From Spirochaetia bacterium (lineage in GTDB: Bacteria; Spirochaetota; Spirochaetia; SZUA-6; Bin103), in assembly GCA_965208575.1 (NCBI GenBank), contig CBDBOV010000004.1, positions 1,152,001-1,216,000 of the forward strand: a DNA stretch of 64,000 bases. Direction: 5' to 3'. The number at the start of each line of letters is the position of its first letter. Positions within the stretch are counted from its first letter, which is position 1. The notes under the pieces were generated by a model. That model saw only the letters and a list, made by a program, of their open reading frames with translations. It searched no databases and had not been told where the DNA came from. Of the stretch, positions 11,244-21,423 are shown one piece after another. The position numbers were made by a program, and so were the translations under genes.

Positions 11244-12497
11244 TCAGCGCACCAGGAAACGGAAATAGCGTTTTTTGCCGGCGCGCAGCACCAGTTCGCC
11301 GTCGTGCACGTCGCCGAGTGCGATGACTTCCTCGACGCTGGTGCGCGTGGTGTCCGCCACCCGCGCACCGCCCTGCTCGATGAGCCGCCGGGCGTCGCTC
11401 TTCGAGCCGCACAGGGAGCTGCGCGCCAGCAGGTCGACCAGGGGGATTCCGCCCGCCAGCTCGGCGGCGGAGAGGGCGGCGGTCGGCATCGAGTCGCGCG
11501 CGCCGCGGCCGCCGCCACCCTCGGCGAACAGTGCCCGGCTGGTGGCGCGCGCGCGCTCCGCCTCCGCGGCGCCGTGCACCATGGCGGTCAGCTCCAGCGC
11601 CAGCCGCTCCTTGGCGGCCATGATCGCCCGGTCGCGCAGCCGGCTCAGCTCCGCCACCTCCCCGTCCGGCAGCAGGGTGAGCAGCGCGAGCAGCTTGCCG
11701 ACGTCGGCATCCGGCACGTTGATCCAGTACTGGTAGAACTGGTATGGAGACACCCGCGCCGGGTCCAGGAACACCGCCCCCGCCGCCGTCTTGCCCATCT
11801 TCTTGCCGTCCGCGGTGGTCACCAGCGGCCAGGTAAGCGCGTGCGCCTCCGCCTGCTCCACCCGCCGGATCAGGTCGACGCCGGCCAGGATGTTGGCCCA
11901 CTGGTCGTCGCCGCCGATCTGCAGCAGGCAGCCGTGCTGCCGGTGCAGCACTAGGTAGTCGTACGCCTGCAGCAGCAGGTAGTTGAATTCCAGGAAACTC
12001 AAGCCGGTCTGCAGCCGCCGCCGGTAGGCTTCGAAGCTCAGCATGCGGTTCACCGAGAAGTGGCGCCCGATGTCGCGCAGAAAGTCCAGGTAGCCCAGGT
12101 CCGGCAGCCAGGCGGCGTTGTCGACCACGATGGTGCGCTGCAGGTCGATGAAGCGGCCCACCTGGCGCTGCATCAGCGCGGCGTTGCGGGCCACCGTCTC
12201 CACCGGCAGCAGCGGGCGCATGTCGTCCTTGTCGGACGGATCGCCCACCCGCGCGGTGCCGCCGCCGATCAGCAGCACCGGCCGGTGGCCGGCGCGCTGC
12301 AGGTGCGCCATCGCCAGCAGACCGACCAGGTGGCCGGCGTGCAGGCTCGGCCCGGTCGGATCGATGCCCAGGTAGAACGTGACCTCCTGCTCCGCCAGCA
12401 GCCGGCCCAGCGCGTCCGCGCCGGTGGTCTGCTTCACCAGCCCGCGCCGCCCGAGCGCCGCGACCAGGTCCCTTTCTGCCTCCACGGCGGTACTCAT
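11244..12497 (-). CDS. tyrS: Tyrosine--tRNA ligase
   Basis: YLGIDPTGPSLHAGH, QIGGDDQW, KMGKT and a C-terminal S4-like domain. Confidence 0.97.
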   Translation of the reverse strand: MSTAVEAERDLVAALGRRGLVKQTTGADALGRLLAEQEVTFYLGIDPTGPSLHAGHLVGLLAMAHLQRAGHRPVLLIGGGTARVGDPSDKDDMRPLLPVETVARNAALMQRQVGRFIDLQRTIVVDNAAWLPDLGYLDFLRDIGRHFSVNRMLSFEAYRRRLQTGLSFLEFNYLLLQAYDYLVLHRQHGCLLQIGGDDQWANILAGVDLIRRVEQAEAHALTWPLVTTADGKKMGKTAAGAVFLDPARVSPYQFYQYWINVPDADVGKLLALLTLLPDGEVAELSRLRDRAIMAAKERLALELTAMVHGAAEAERARATSRALFAEGGGGRGARDSMPTAALSAAELAGGIPLVDLLARSSLCGSKSDARRLIEQGGARVADTTRTSVEEVIALGDVHDGELVLRAGKKRYFRFLVR

Positions 12498-13849
12498 CAG
12501 CCGGCACCGGGACGCCGGTAGCTACCGGTGGCCTCGTGCAGGCGGGCCGCCAGGTCGCGCCGCGCCACCCGCACCTGCTCGGTGCTGTCGCGGAACCGCA
12601 GCGTCACCGTGTCGTCCGCCATGGTGTCGTAGTCGATGGTCACGCAGTAGGGGGTGCCGATCTCGTCCTGGCGCCGGTAGCGGCGCCCGATCGCCCCGCC
12701 CTGATCGTAGAACGTGGCGAACGACTCGCGCAGCTCCGCCTCGATCTCTCGCGCGCGCTCGGCGAGCCCGTCCTTCTTCACCAGCGGGAACACGCCCACG
12801 GTGATCGGCGCCACGCGCGGATGGAAGCGCAGCACCACGCGGCGCTCGCCGCCCACCTGGTCCTCGTCGTAGCCGTCCACCAGCGCCATCAGCACCGACC
12901 GGGTCAGACCGACCGCGGTCTCGATGATGAACGGCACGTAGCGTTCACGCGTGCTCTCGTCCAGGTAGGTCAGGTCCTTGCCGGCGAACTCCATGTGCCG
13001 CTTCAGGTCGAAGTCGGTGCGGTTGTGGATGCCCTCCAGCTCCTGCCAGCCGAACGGGAACCGGTACTGGATGTCGTACGCGTCGCGCGCGTAGTGCGCC
13101 AGCTCGTCCGGCCCGTGCTGGTGGAAGCGCAGGTTGTCGGGGTCGATGCCCAGGTCCAGGTAGTACTGGAAGCGGCGCGCCTTCCAATGCTCGAACCACC
13201 GCGTATCCTCGCTCGGGTGCACGAAGTACTGCATCTCCATCTGCTCGAACTCGCAGGTGCGGAAGATGAAGCTCTTGGTGGTAATCTCGTTGCGGAACGC
13301 CTTGCCCACCTGGGCGATGCCGAACGGCACCTTGAGGCGGCTCGACTGCAGCACGTTCTTGAAGTTCACGTAGCTGCCCTGCGCGGTCTCCGGGCGCAGG
13401 TACACCACGCTGCCGGCATCCTGCACCGGACCGAGGTGGGTGCGGAACATCAGGTTGAACTGCCGCGCGCCGGTCAGCTCGCGCTTGCCGCACTGCGGGC
13501 ACGCGCCTTCCGGGTCGTCGAGCTGGTCGGCGCGAAAGCGTGCCTTGCAGGCGCGGCAGTCGACCAGCGGATCGGTGAAGTTCTCCACGTGGCCGGAGGC
13601 TTCCCACACCCGCGGGTGCATCAGGATGGCGGCGTCGATGCCCACGATGTTGTCGTGCAACTGGGTCATCTCGCGCCACCACGCGTCGCGCAGCCGGTTC
13701 TTGAGGGCGGCGCCGAGCGGCCCGTAGTCCCACGCCGAGGCGAGCCCGCCGTACACGTCGCTCGACGGAAAGATGAACCCCCGCCGCTTGCACAGCGCAA
13801 CGACGGTGTCCATCGACACGGCGGGCGCGGACACGCCGGTGGCCGCCAC
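12497..13849 (-). CDS. glyQS: Glycine--tRNA ligase (homodimeric alpha2 type)
   Basis: KRRGFIF, YLRPETAQG, FRNEIT, EFEQMEMQ, ELEGIHNRTDFDL and IGRRYRRQDEIG. Confidence 0.97.
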   Translation of the reverse strand: MAATGVSAPAVSMDTVVALCKRRGFIFPSSDVYGGLASAWDYGPLGAALKNRLRDAWWREMTQLHDNIVGIDAAILMHPRVWEASGHVENFTDPLVDCRACKARFRADQLDDPEGACPQCGKRELTGARQFNLMFRTHLGPVQDAGSVVYLRPETAQGSYVNFKNVLQSSRLKVPFGIAQVGKAFRNEITTKSFIFRTCEFEQMEMQYFVHPSEDTRWFEHWKARRFQYYLDLGIDPDNLRFHQHGPDELAHYARDAYDIQYRFPFGWQELEGIHNRTDFDLKRHMEFAGKDLTYLDESTRERYVPFIIETAVGLTRSVLMALVDGYDEDQVGGERRVVLRFHPRVAPITVGVFPLVKKDGLAERAREIEAELRESFATFYDQGGAIGRRYRRQDEIGTPYCVTIDYDTMADDTVTLRFRDSTEQVRVARRDLAARLHEATGSYRRPGAG

Positions 13850-13850
13850 G

Positions 13851-15347
13851 TCAGTCCTCCTCCGCGGCCGCCGTCAGGGTAGCGAGCGCGCGCGCCAGAC
13901 GACCGCGCAGACGCTGTTCGCCGAGCAGCCGCAGCGAACCGAACAGGGGCGGCGACACCCTGCTGCCGGTGGTTGCCATTCGAATGGTCATCATCAGGTC
14001 TCCAAACTTCACGCCTTGGGCACGCGCCAGCTCGCGCAGCCGCTCCTCCAGCGCGTGCTCGCCTTCCGCGGCAGGAAGGTGCTCCAGCAGCGGCGACGCC
14101 TGCTGCAATATCGCGGCCGCCGCCGCCGCCGTCAAACGCCGCGGCACCAGTTCCGCCGCCGCCAGATCGGCATCGGGCCCGAGAAACGCCGCCCGCTGCG
14201 GCGCCTCGTCCAGGACCGATATGCGCTCCTGCAACAACGCGGCGAGCGCCGTCTCGGCGGGCGTCGCGGCCGCGCCTGCCTCGCCGGCGCCGACCCGGCC
14301 GCCGCTCGCCGGGTCGGCGGCGTCGATGCCGGCCTCGCGCAGGTAGGGGCGCAGCGCCACCGCCAGCCGCGCCGGCGGCAGGCGGCGAATGTAGTGGCCG
14401 TTGAACCACTCCAGCTTCTTGTGATCGAACACCGCGCCGGCTCGGCCGAGCCGCTCCATGCTGAACGAGCGCTCCAGTTCGTCGAGCGTAAAGAACTCGC
14501 GGTCGTCGCCCGGCGACCAGCCGAGCAGCGCGAGGTAGTTCACCAGCGCCTCCGGGAGGATGCCGCGGCGGCGGAACTCGTGCACGCCGGTGGCGCCGTG
14601 GCGCTTGCCGAGCTTCCTGCCGTCCGGCCCGTTCACCGCCGGCAGGTGGGCATAGCGCGGCGGTTGCCAGCCGCACGCCTCGAAGATCAAGAGGTGCAGC
14701 GGCGCCGAGGACACCCACTCCTGCGCACGCAGCACGTGGCTGATCGCCATCTCGTGGTCGTCGGCGATGGCCGCCAGGTGGTAGGTCGGGAAGCCGTCCG
14801 ACTTGAGCAGCACCGGATCGGGGTTGATGTCGCTGTTGCGGCGCTCGATGGAGCCGAGCAGCAGGTCGTCGTAGCGCGTGCTGCCTTCCAGCGGCACCCG
14901 GAAGCGGATCACCGAGGCGGCCCCGCCCTCCTCCCGCCGGCGGCGTTCCTCGGCGCTGAGGTTGCGGCACCGCCGGTCGTAACCGTTGTGGGTAGCGCGT
15001 ACCCGCTCCAGGCGTGCGGCGTCGCAGTAGCAGCGGTAGGCGCGGCCGGTGGCCACCAGGCGCTCGGCCACCGCGCGGTGGCCGGCCACCCGCTGCGACT
15101 GGACGTAGGGAGCGTACGGGCCACCGACGCCGGGCCCCTCGTCCCAGCGCAGGCCGAGCCAGGTCAGGTTGTCATAGACGTCGGCGAGCGCATCGGGATC
15201 GAAGCGGCGCCGGTCGGTGTCCTCGACGCGCAGCACGAAGGCACCGCCCGCGGCGCGCGCGAGCAGGTACACGAACAGCGCGGTACGGACGTTGCCGACG
15301 TGCAACCGGCCGGTCGGTGAAGGAGCGAAGCGAACCCGCAGGGCCAT
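13851..15347 (-). CDS. gltX: Glutamate--tRNA ligase
   Basis: RFAPSPTGRLHVGN, RVEDTD, PTYHLA, KLGKRHG and SPPLF. Confidence 0.96.
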   Translation of the reverse strand: MALRVRFAPSPTGRLHVGNVRTALFVYLLARAAGGAFVLRVEDTDRRRFDPDALADVYDNLTWLGLRWDEGPGVGGPYAPYVQSQRVAGHRAVAERLVATGRAYRCYCDAARLERVRATHNGYDRRCRNLSAEERRRREEGGAASVIRFRVPLEGSTRYDDLLLGSIERRNSDINPDPVLLKSDGFPTYHLAAIADDHEMAISHVLRAQEWVSSAPLHLLIFEACGWQPPRYAHLPAVNGPDGRKLGKRHGATGVHEFRRRGILPEALVNYLALLGWSPGDDREFFTLDELERSFSMERLGRAGAVFDHKKLEWFNGHYIRRLPPARLAVALRPYLREAGIDAADPASGGRVGAGEAGAAATPAETALAALLQERISVLDEAPQRAAFLGPDADLAAAELVPRRLTAAAAAAILQQASPLLEHLPAAEGEHALEERLRELARAQGVKFGDLMMTIRMATTGSRVSPPLFGSLRLLGEQRLRGRLARALATLTAAAEED

Positions 15348-15486
15348 AATGCGCGCTGAGCGTAGCGCCCCGCCGGTCCACGGTCAACGCCACTCCCTCT
15401 GCCGGGCGCCGCCGGCCGCTGCCGGCGCGGCTGTGCTGCCGTCAGCCGGCTTGTCCGCCGGGCGCCCTGTCGCTAGGATAGGAGTC

Positions 15487-16080
15487 ATGCTGGACGTTTC
15501 ACCGACCAAGTATGGCCACGGCGCGGGCACGCTGCCGGCCGGCACCCGGGTCATGACCGACATCGCGGCCGTGCTCGGCGGATCGCTGCTGGTGGCACTA
15601 TGTGCCCAGATACGCATCCCGCTGCCGTTCACGCCGGTTCCGATCACCGGCCAGACCTTCGCGGTGTTACTGTTGCCGGCCCTGCTCGGCGGCTGGCGCG
15701 GCCCCGCCGCGGTGGCGGCCTACCTGCTGCAGGGCGCTTTCGGGCTGCCGTTCTTCGCCGGCGGCACCGCCGGCTGGGCGACCCTGGCCGGGCCCACCGG
15801 CGGCTACCTGGTGGGGTTCTTCGCCGCCGCCGTGCTGATACCGGCCATCCTCGGAAGCGGCGCGGCCGGGCCGGCACGCGTCGTCGCGGCCCTGGTGGCC
15901 GGCAACGTGGCGATCTACCTGTTCGGGGTGCCGTGGCTGGATCGCTTCGTGGACGGTAACCTGCTCACCGCGACCCACCTGGGGCTGACCCCGTTCCTGG
16001 TCGGCGACGCCATCAAGCTGCTCGCCGCGGCCCTGGTGGTGGTGGCGGCCGAAAGCACGCGACGCCCGCCGCAACGCTGA
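15487..16080 (+). CDS. bioY: Biotin transporter BioY (ECF S component)
   Basis: PFTPVPITGQTFAV, GLPFFAGG, GPTGGYLVGF and PFLVGDAIK, with an AGGAG RBS. Confidence 0.92.
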   Translation: MLDVSPTKYGHGAGTLPAGTRVMTDIAAVLGGSLLVALCAQIRIPLPFTPVPITGQTFAVLLLPALLGGWRGPAAVAAYLLQGAFGLPFFAGGTAGWATLAGPTGGYLVGFFAAAVLIPAILGSGAAGPARVVAALVAGNVAIYLFGVPWLDRFVDGNLLTATHLGLTPFLVGDAIKLLAAALVVVAAESTRRPPQR

Positions 16081-16112
16081 GCGGCACGCTGCCTGCGCGC
16101 CCGCACCGGCAC

Positions 16113-16943
16113 ATGACCGCGCAGGCCGTGTCGATGCGTCCGCTCACCGGCGGCGCCATGATGCTGCCGGTCACCGCGCAGCGCACCGCCATCGTGTCGT
16201 TGCGCGCGGCCGGCGACATGCGCCGCGAACAGCCGTTGCGCCGCCTGCTCGGCGCGGCCGGGCTGACCCCGTCCCAGGTATGCCGCGTGGCGCAGATCCA
16301 CTCGCACCGGGTGGCAGCCGAACAGACGTGCCGCCGCCGGATACCGCCCGGCCGGCGTGGCCGGCACGCCCGGGCGTCGCTCGGCGAGCGCTGGGCGGCG
16401 CGCACCGCGGACGGGCTGGTGGCGGGGCCGGACAGCGCGGCCGCCGGTGTCGCGCTCATGGTCACCGCGGCCGACTGCGTACCGATCCTGCTCGCCGCGC
16501 CCGGCGGCGCCTACGCGCTGCTGCACTCGGGCTGGCGCGGCACCGGCATCGCGGCGGCCGCGGTACACCGCCTGCGCGAACGATACGGCGCCGACCCCGC
16601 GTCGCTGACCGTGGTGCTCGGCCCCGCCATCGGCGCCTGCTGTTACCATGTCGACGAGGAGCGCTACCGCCTGTTCCGGGAACGCTACGGCTCCGGCGCG
16701 GTGCGCACCGGCGCGCGGTGCGGCGGCGCGCGCACGCGCTACCTCGACCTGCACGCGGCCAACACCGTGCTGCTGCGGCGTCTCGGCGTACGCGACATAC
16801 GCGCCGTACCCACCTGCACCTCCTGCGATGCCCGGCTGTACTCCTCGCGCCGCGACGGCGGCGGCCTGCTGTGCCCGCTCATGGCGGTGCTGCTGGTGCC
16901 ACATGCACCGCGCGGCGCCGCGGCCGCCTGGGCTGCCCGTTGA
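16113..16943 (+). CDS. YfiH/PgeF (polyphenol oxidase/laccase-like) family protein
   Basis: QIHS, ADGL, ADCVPI, HSGWRG, GPAIGACCY and YSSRR. Confidence 0.88.
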   Translation: MTAQAVSMRPLTGGAMMLPVTAQRTAIVSLRAAGDMRREQPLRRLLGAAGLTPSQVCRVAQIHSHRVAAEQTCRRRIPPGRRGRHARASLGERWAARTADGLVAGPDSAAAGVALMVTAADCVPILLAAPGGAYALLHSGWRGTGIAAAAVHRLRERYGADPASLTVVLGPAIGACCYHVDEERYRLFRERYGSGAVRTGARCGGARTRYLDLHAANTVLLRRLGVRDIRAVPTCTSCDARLYSSRRDGGGLLCPLMAVLLVPHAPRGAAAAWAAR

Positions 16944-16993
16944 TTGCCGTGCTGCTGGTGCCGCGCGCACCGCGCGGAGCCGCCGCGGCCTAA
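16872..16993 (+). repeat. Imperfect ~62-bp direct duplication of the 3' end of the YfiH-like gene
   Basis: The segment encoding CPLMAVLLVPHAPRGAAAA is followed by a copy encoding CPLIAVLLVPRAPRGAAAA* in another frame. Confidence 0.8.
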
Positions 16994-17082
16994 CCGCACC
17001 GTACCCGCGCCACCGCGCTCCCACCCGGCCGCGCCCGGTAGCGGAGGAGCGCGCGAGTCGCTATAGTCACCGGCTGTCCGCC

Positions 17083-19110
17083 ATGGCGCAGGAAATTCGC
17101 AACATCGGCATCATCGCCCACATCGACGCCGGCAAGACCACCACCACCGAGCGTATCCTGTTCTACACCGGCATCAGCCACCGCATGGGCGAGGTGGATG
17201 ACGGCGAAGCCACCATGGACTGGATGAGCCAGGAACAGGAGCGCGGCATCACCATCACCGCCGCCGCCACCACCTGCTACTGGCGCGACCACCAGATCAA
17301 CCTCATCGACACCCCCGGCCACGTAGACTTCACGGCCGAGGTGGAGCGCGCCCTGCGCGTCCTGGACGGCGCCATCGGCGTGTTCTCCGCCGTGGAGGGG
17401 GTAGAGCCGCAATCGGAGCAGGTGTGGCGGCAGAGCGATCACTACCGGGTGCCGCGGGTGGCGTTCATCAACAAGCTCGACCGCATCGGCGCACGCTTTG
17501 CGGAGGTGGTGGCCGAGATGGGCGAACGCCTCGGCGGCTGCGCGTTGCCAGTGCAGCTTCCGTTCGGCACCGAATCAGAGTTCACCGGCGTCGCCGACCT
17601 GGTGGACGATGTCGGGCTGCGCTTCGCGGGCGCGCATGGCGAGCGCCTCGAGCGGATACCGATCCCGACCGCGTTGGGTGCGCAGGTGGAGGCGGCGCGT
17701 GACCGCATGATCGACGAGCTGGCCACCGAATCGGACGAGATCACCGCCCGTTACCTGGACGGCGAGCCGATACCGCCGGCGCTGCTGCGCCGCGAGATCC
17801 GCCGGCGCACCATGGCCGGCGACCTGTTCCCGGTGCTGTGCGGTGCCGCGCTGCGCAACACCGGCGTGCAGCCTCTGCTCGATGCGGTCGTCGACTACCT
17901 GCCCGCGCCCGACGAGGTCGCGCCGCCGATGGCGGTCGACCGCAGCGGCGCCGCGGTCGAGTTGCCGTGCGGCCGCGGAGCGGCACCGGCAGCCCTGGTA
18001 TTCAAGCTGCGCAACGACCGCGAGGCGGGCCTGCTCAGCTACGTGCGCGCCTACGCGGGCACCATCCGCACCGGCGCCACGGTGCACAACGTGGGCCGCG
18101 GCGGGCGCGAGCGCGTCGGGCGGCTGCTGCGCATGCATGCCAACCGCTCGCAGCCGTTGACCGAGTTGACCGCCGGCGACATCGCCGTGGCGGTCGGGTT
18201 CAAGCAGGTGCAGACCGGCGACACCGTGGGCGCTGCCGGCGCCACCCTGCTGCTGGAACGGATGAGCTTTCCGGAGCCGGTCATTTCCGCCGCCGTCGAG
18301 CCGCACACCGCCGCCGACACCGCCCGCCTGCGCGACGCGCTCGACATCGTGGCGCGCGAGGATCCCACCTTCCTGGTGCGCGAGAGCGCGGAGACGGGGC
18401 AGATTCTGATTTCCGGGATGGGAGAGCTGCATCTCGACGTGGTGATCCGCCGCATCGAGGAGGAATTCCGCGTGCCGGCGCGGATTGGGCAGCCGCAGGT
18501 GGCGTACCGGGAATCGATTGCCGCCGGCGCGCGCTACCGCCAACGCTACCAACGCACCATCGGCGGCGCCGTGCACAGCGCCGGGGTGACGCTGCGGGTG
18601 GCGCCGCAGCCGCGCGGCACCGGCAATGCCGTCGCCGGCGCGTTGCCCGCGGACACGCTGCCGGCGGAAACCGAAGCGGCCCTGCACGAGGGCATCCGCA
18701 ACGCCATGAATTCCGGCGTACTGTACGGCTACCCCACCATCGACATCGCGGCAACGGTGGAGGCGGTCGACTACGATCCCGCCACCTCGTCCCCCGCCGC
18801 GTTCGAGGCGGCCGGTGCGCTGGCCTTCCACGAGGCGTGCCGGCAGGGCGAACCCGCGCTGTTGGAGCCGGTCATGGAGGTGGAAATCTTCGTGCCGCGC
18901 GAGTCGCTCGGCGAGGTGATCGGCAACCTGGGCGCACGCGGCGCCGCCGTCACCGCCGTCGAATCGCGGCCCGCGGGCGAACAGGTAACCGCGCACGCGG
19001 CGCTGGCGAGGCTGTTCGGCTATTCGACCACGCTGCGCAGCCTGACCCAGGGCCGCGGTGTGTTCACCATGACATTCACCCACTTCGCGCCGCGCGCCGA
19101 ATCCGCTTGA
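17083..19110 (+). CDS. fusA: Elongation factor G paralogue with canonical G domain and divergent domain IV (EF-G2/spdEFG2-like)
   Basis: AHIDAGKTT, ERGITI, DTPGHVDF, NKLD, GMGELHL and PQVAYRE are present; KQxGG and HxVDS are absent. Confidence 0.9.
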   Translation: MAQEIRNIGIIAHIDAGKTTTTERILFYTGISHRMGEVDDGEATMDWMSQEQERGITITAAATTCYWRDHQINLIDTPGHVDFTAEVERALRVLDGAIGVFSAVEGVEPQSEQVWRQSDHYRVPRVAFINKLDRIGARFAEVVAEMGERLGGCALPVQLPFGTESEFTGVADLVDDVGLRFAGAHGERLERIPIPTALGAQVEAARDRMIDELATESDEITARYLDGEPIPPALLRREIRRRTMAGDLFPVLCGAALRNTGVQPLLDAVVDYLPAPDEVAPPMAVDRSGAAVELPCGRGAAPAALVFKLRNDREAGLLSYVRAYAGTIRTGATVHNVGRGGRERVGRLLRMHANRSQPLTELTAGDIAVAVGFKQVQTGDTVGAAGATLLLERMSFPEPVISAAVEPHTAADTARLRDALDIVAREDPTFLVRESAETGQILISGMGELHLDVVIRRIEEEFRVPARIGQPQVAYRESIAAGARYRQRYQRTIGGAVHSAGVTLRVAPQPRGTGNAVAGALPADTLPAETEAALHEGIRNAMNSGVLYGYPTIDIAATVEAVDYDPATSSPAAFEAAGALAFHEACRQGEPALLEPVMEVEIFVPRESLGEVIGNLGARGAAVTAVESRPAGEQVTAHAALARLFGYSTTLRSLTQGRGVFTMTFTHFAPRAESA

Positions 19111-19123
19111 CGGGCACCGTGGT

Positions 19124-19155
19124 GCACGGAGCGCACGGAGCGCACGGAGCGCACC
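19124..19155 (+). repeat. Intergenic 9-bp tandem repeat x3
   Basis: GCACGGAGC x3. Confidence 0.85.
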
Positions 19156-19180
19156 ATGCAGCAAACTGGGCGCGCACCGT

Positions 19181-19209
19181 TTGACAAGAGAGCGGCGCAT
19201 CCCTACGAT
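19181..19209 (+). promoter_or_regulatory. Putative sigma70 promoter of the second EF-G gene
   Basis: TTGACA-17 nt-TACGAT. Confidence 0.7.
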
Positions 19210-19316
19210 CCGTCTCGGTCCATCCCGAGCGGACGGCCCGTGCAGGGCGCTCCGGCGGCGCGCACGTGCACCGCTCTCGCTCGCACCGGCCGGTTCGAGA
19301 CAAGAGGAGACATTCC

Positions 19317-21356
19317 ATGAGCACGGCAGCTTCTGACATTCGTAACGTGGCGTTGATCGGCCACGGCGGCACCGGCAAGACCTCCCTGGTCGAGCAGGCG
19401 CTGGTACGCGGCAAGGTGGTGGCCAAGTTTGCCCCGGTGGACGGCGGCAAGTCGGTGAGCGACCACACGCCGGAGGAGGTCGCGCGCGGCATCTCGGTAC
19501 ACGCCGCGGTCGCTCACGTGCGCTGGCAGGGCGCCAAGATCAACCTGCTCGATACGCCGGGGTCCGCCGACTTCGTCGGCGAGGTCATTGCCGCGCTGCA
19601 CGTCAGCGACGTTGCCGTGCTGGTGGTGGGCGGCGACGTCGGCGTGCAGATCGAGACCGCCAAGCTGTGGCGCCGCCTGCAGGCGGCCGGCAAGCCGTGC
19701 ATCGTGTTCGTGAACCAGATGGACAAGGAGCACGCCAACTTCGCCAACACCCTCGCCGACCTGCGCGAGAAGCTGTCGGGCAGCTTCGTGCCGGCGGTGG
19801 TGCCGATCGGCGACGGCGCGGGATTCTCCGGAGTCGTGGACCTGCTGAGCGGCAAGGCCCTTACCCACATGGGCGGCCAGGAATCTCCCGGCACGGTTCC
19901 GGACGACCTGGCGGACACCGTCGAGGAGTACCGGCAGGGCCTGATCGAGGGCGCCGCCGACGGCAGCGACGAGCTGATGGAAAAATACCTCGACGAAGAG
20001 ACCTTGAGCGACGACGAGGTGCGCACCGGACTCGCCGCGTCGCTGCACGGCAACCTGGTGGTTCCGGTCGTGGCCGGATCGGCGACCCTGAATTCCGGCG
20101 TGGCGAGCCTGCTCGACGTGCTCGAAGCGGTGGCGCCGTCCGCGGCCACGGGCGTCGGCCTCGATGGCGACGGCGCGCCGGCCGCCTTCGTGTTCAAGAC
20201 CAGCCTCGACCAGTATTCCGGCCGGCTGTCATGGATCAAGGTGATGAGCGGAGAGATCACGCCCGACACCGAGCTCGTGGACACACGCGACGGCCGCAAG
20301 GAACGCATTACCAAGCTGTTTACCCTGTCCGGGTCGCAACTGGTCGACTGCGACGGCCTGGCGGCCGGCGACCTTGGCGTCCTCACCAAGCTGACCAGCG
20401 CCGCGACCGGCGACACCCTGGCCCAGCAGGCCGATCTGACCTATCCTCCGCTCGACCTGCCGCAACCGGTGCACGCGGTCACGCTGGCCGCCCAGTCCAA
20501 GAAGGACGAGGACAAGCTCGGCCAGTTCCTGTCGCGCGCCGCGGAGGAAGACCCCACGTTCAAGGTGCGCTACAACGGCGAGACGCGCGAGACGGTGGTG
20601 TCCGCGATGGGCGAGTTGCAGCTCTCGATCGCCCTGGAGCGGCTCAAGAACACCGCCAAGGTAGAGGTGGAGACCAACGTGCCGCGCGTTGCCTATCGCG
20701 AGACCATCACCAGGCCGGCCGGCGCCGAGTATCAGCACAAGAAACAGACCGGCGGCCACGGCCAGTACGCCAAGGTGGAGATCCGCATCAAGCCACTGCC
20801 GCGCGGCGGGGATTTCTCGTTCGTGAACCAGGTCGTCGGCGGGGCGATCTCCAAGGGATACATCCCCGGCGTCGAGAAAGGACTGCGCGAGGGCATGGCC
20901 GGCGGCGTGCTGGCCGGTTTTCCGGTGGTGGACGTGGAGGTTGCCCTGGTGGACGGCAAGGAGCACTCGGTCGACTCATCCGAGTTGGCGTTCTCGCTGG
21001 CGGCGAGGGGCGCGTTGCGCAGCGCGCTCGACCAGGCCAAGCCGGTGCTGCTGGAGCCGGTCGCCAACCTCACCGTGTACGTGGAGGAGAGCTATCTCGG
21101 CGACGTGCTGTCCGATCTGAGCGGCCGGCGCGGGCGCATCCAGGGCCAGGAACCGGTAGACGGCGGCATTCTGGAGGTGAAGGCACTGGTGCCGCAGGCC
21201 GAACTGGTGCGTTACGCCATCGACCTCAAGTCGATGACCTCCGGTACCGCGTCGTTCGAGATGGAGTTCGACAACTACGCTCCGCTCACCGGGCGCATGG
21301 CCGACGACATCATCAAACGGTCGCAGGAGCCGGACGCGGTAGCATCCGGTCGCTGA
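19317..21356 (+). CDS. Elongation factor G-like protein (EF-G II subfamily)
   Basis: GHGGTGKT, RGISV, DTPGSADF, NQMD, MGELQL, HKKQTGGHGQYA and DGKEHSVDSS, with a GAGGAG RBS. Confidence 0.9.
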   Translation: MSTAASDIRNVALIGHGGTGKTSLVEQALVRGKVVAKFAPVDGGKSVSDHTPEEVARGISVHAAVAHVRWQGAKINLLDTPGSADFVGEVIAALHVSDVAVLVVGGDVGVQIETAKLWRRLQAAGKPCIVFVNQMDKEHANFANTLADLREKLSGSFVPAVVPIGDGAGFSGVVDLLSGKALTHMGGQESPGTVPDDLADTVEEYRQGLIEGAADGSDELMEKYLDEETLSDDEVRTGLAASLHGNLVVPVVAGSATLNSGVASLLDVLEAVAPSAATGVGLDGDGAPAAFVFKTSLDQYSGRLSWIKVMSGEITPDTELVDTRDGRKERITKLFTLSGSQLVDCDGLAAGDLGVLTKLTSAATGDTLAQQADLTYPPLDLPQPVHAVTLAAQSKKDEDKLGQFLSRAAEEDPTFKVRYNGETRETVVSAMGELQLSIALERLKNTAKVEVETNVPRVAYRETITRPAGAEYQHKKQTGGHGQYAKVEIRIKPLPRGGDFSFVNQVVGGAISKGYIPGVEKGLREGMAGGVLAGFPVVDVEVALVDGKEHSVDSSELAFSLAARGALRSALDQAKPVLLEPVANLTVYVEESYLGDVLSDLSGRRGRIQGQEPVDGGILEVKALVPQAELVRYAIDLKSMTSGTASFEMEFDNYAPLTGRMADDIIKRSQEPDAVASGR

Positions 21357-21358
21357 CC

Positions 21359-21403
21359 CACGATCGGAGGCTGCACGATCGGAGGCTGCACGGTCGGAGG
21401 CTG
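21359..21403 (+). repeat. 15-bp tandem repeat x3 between convergent genes
   Basis: CACGATCGGAGGCTG x3 (one mismatch). Confidence 0.9.
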
Positions 21404-21423
21404 CCCGAGCCGGCGACGACCTG

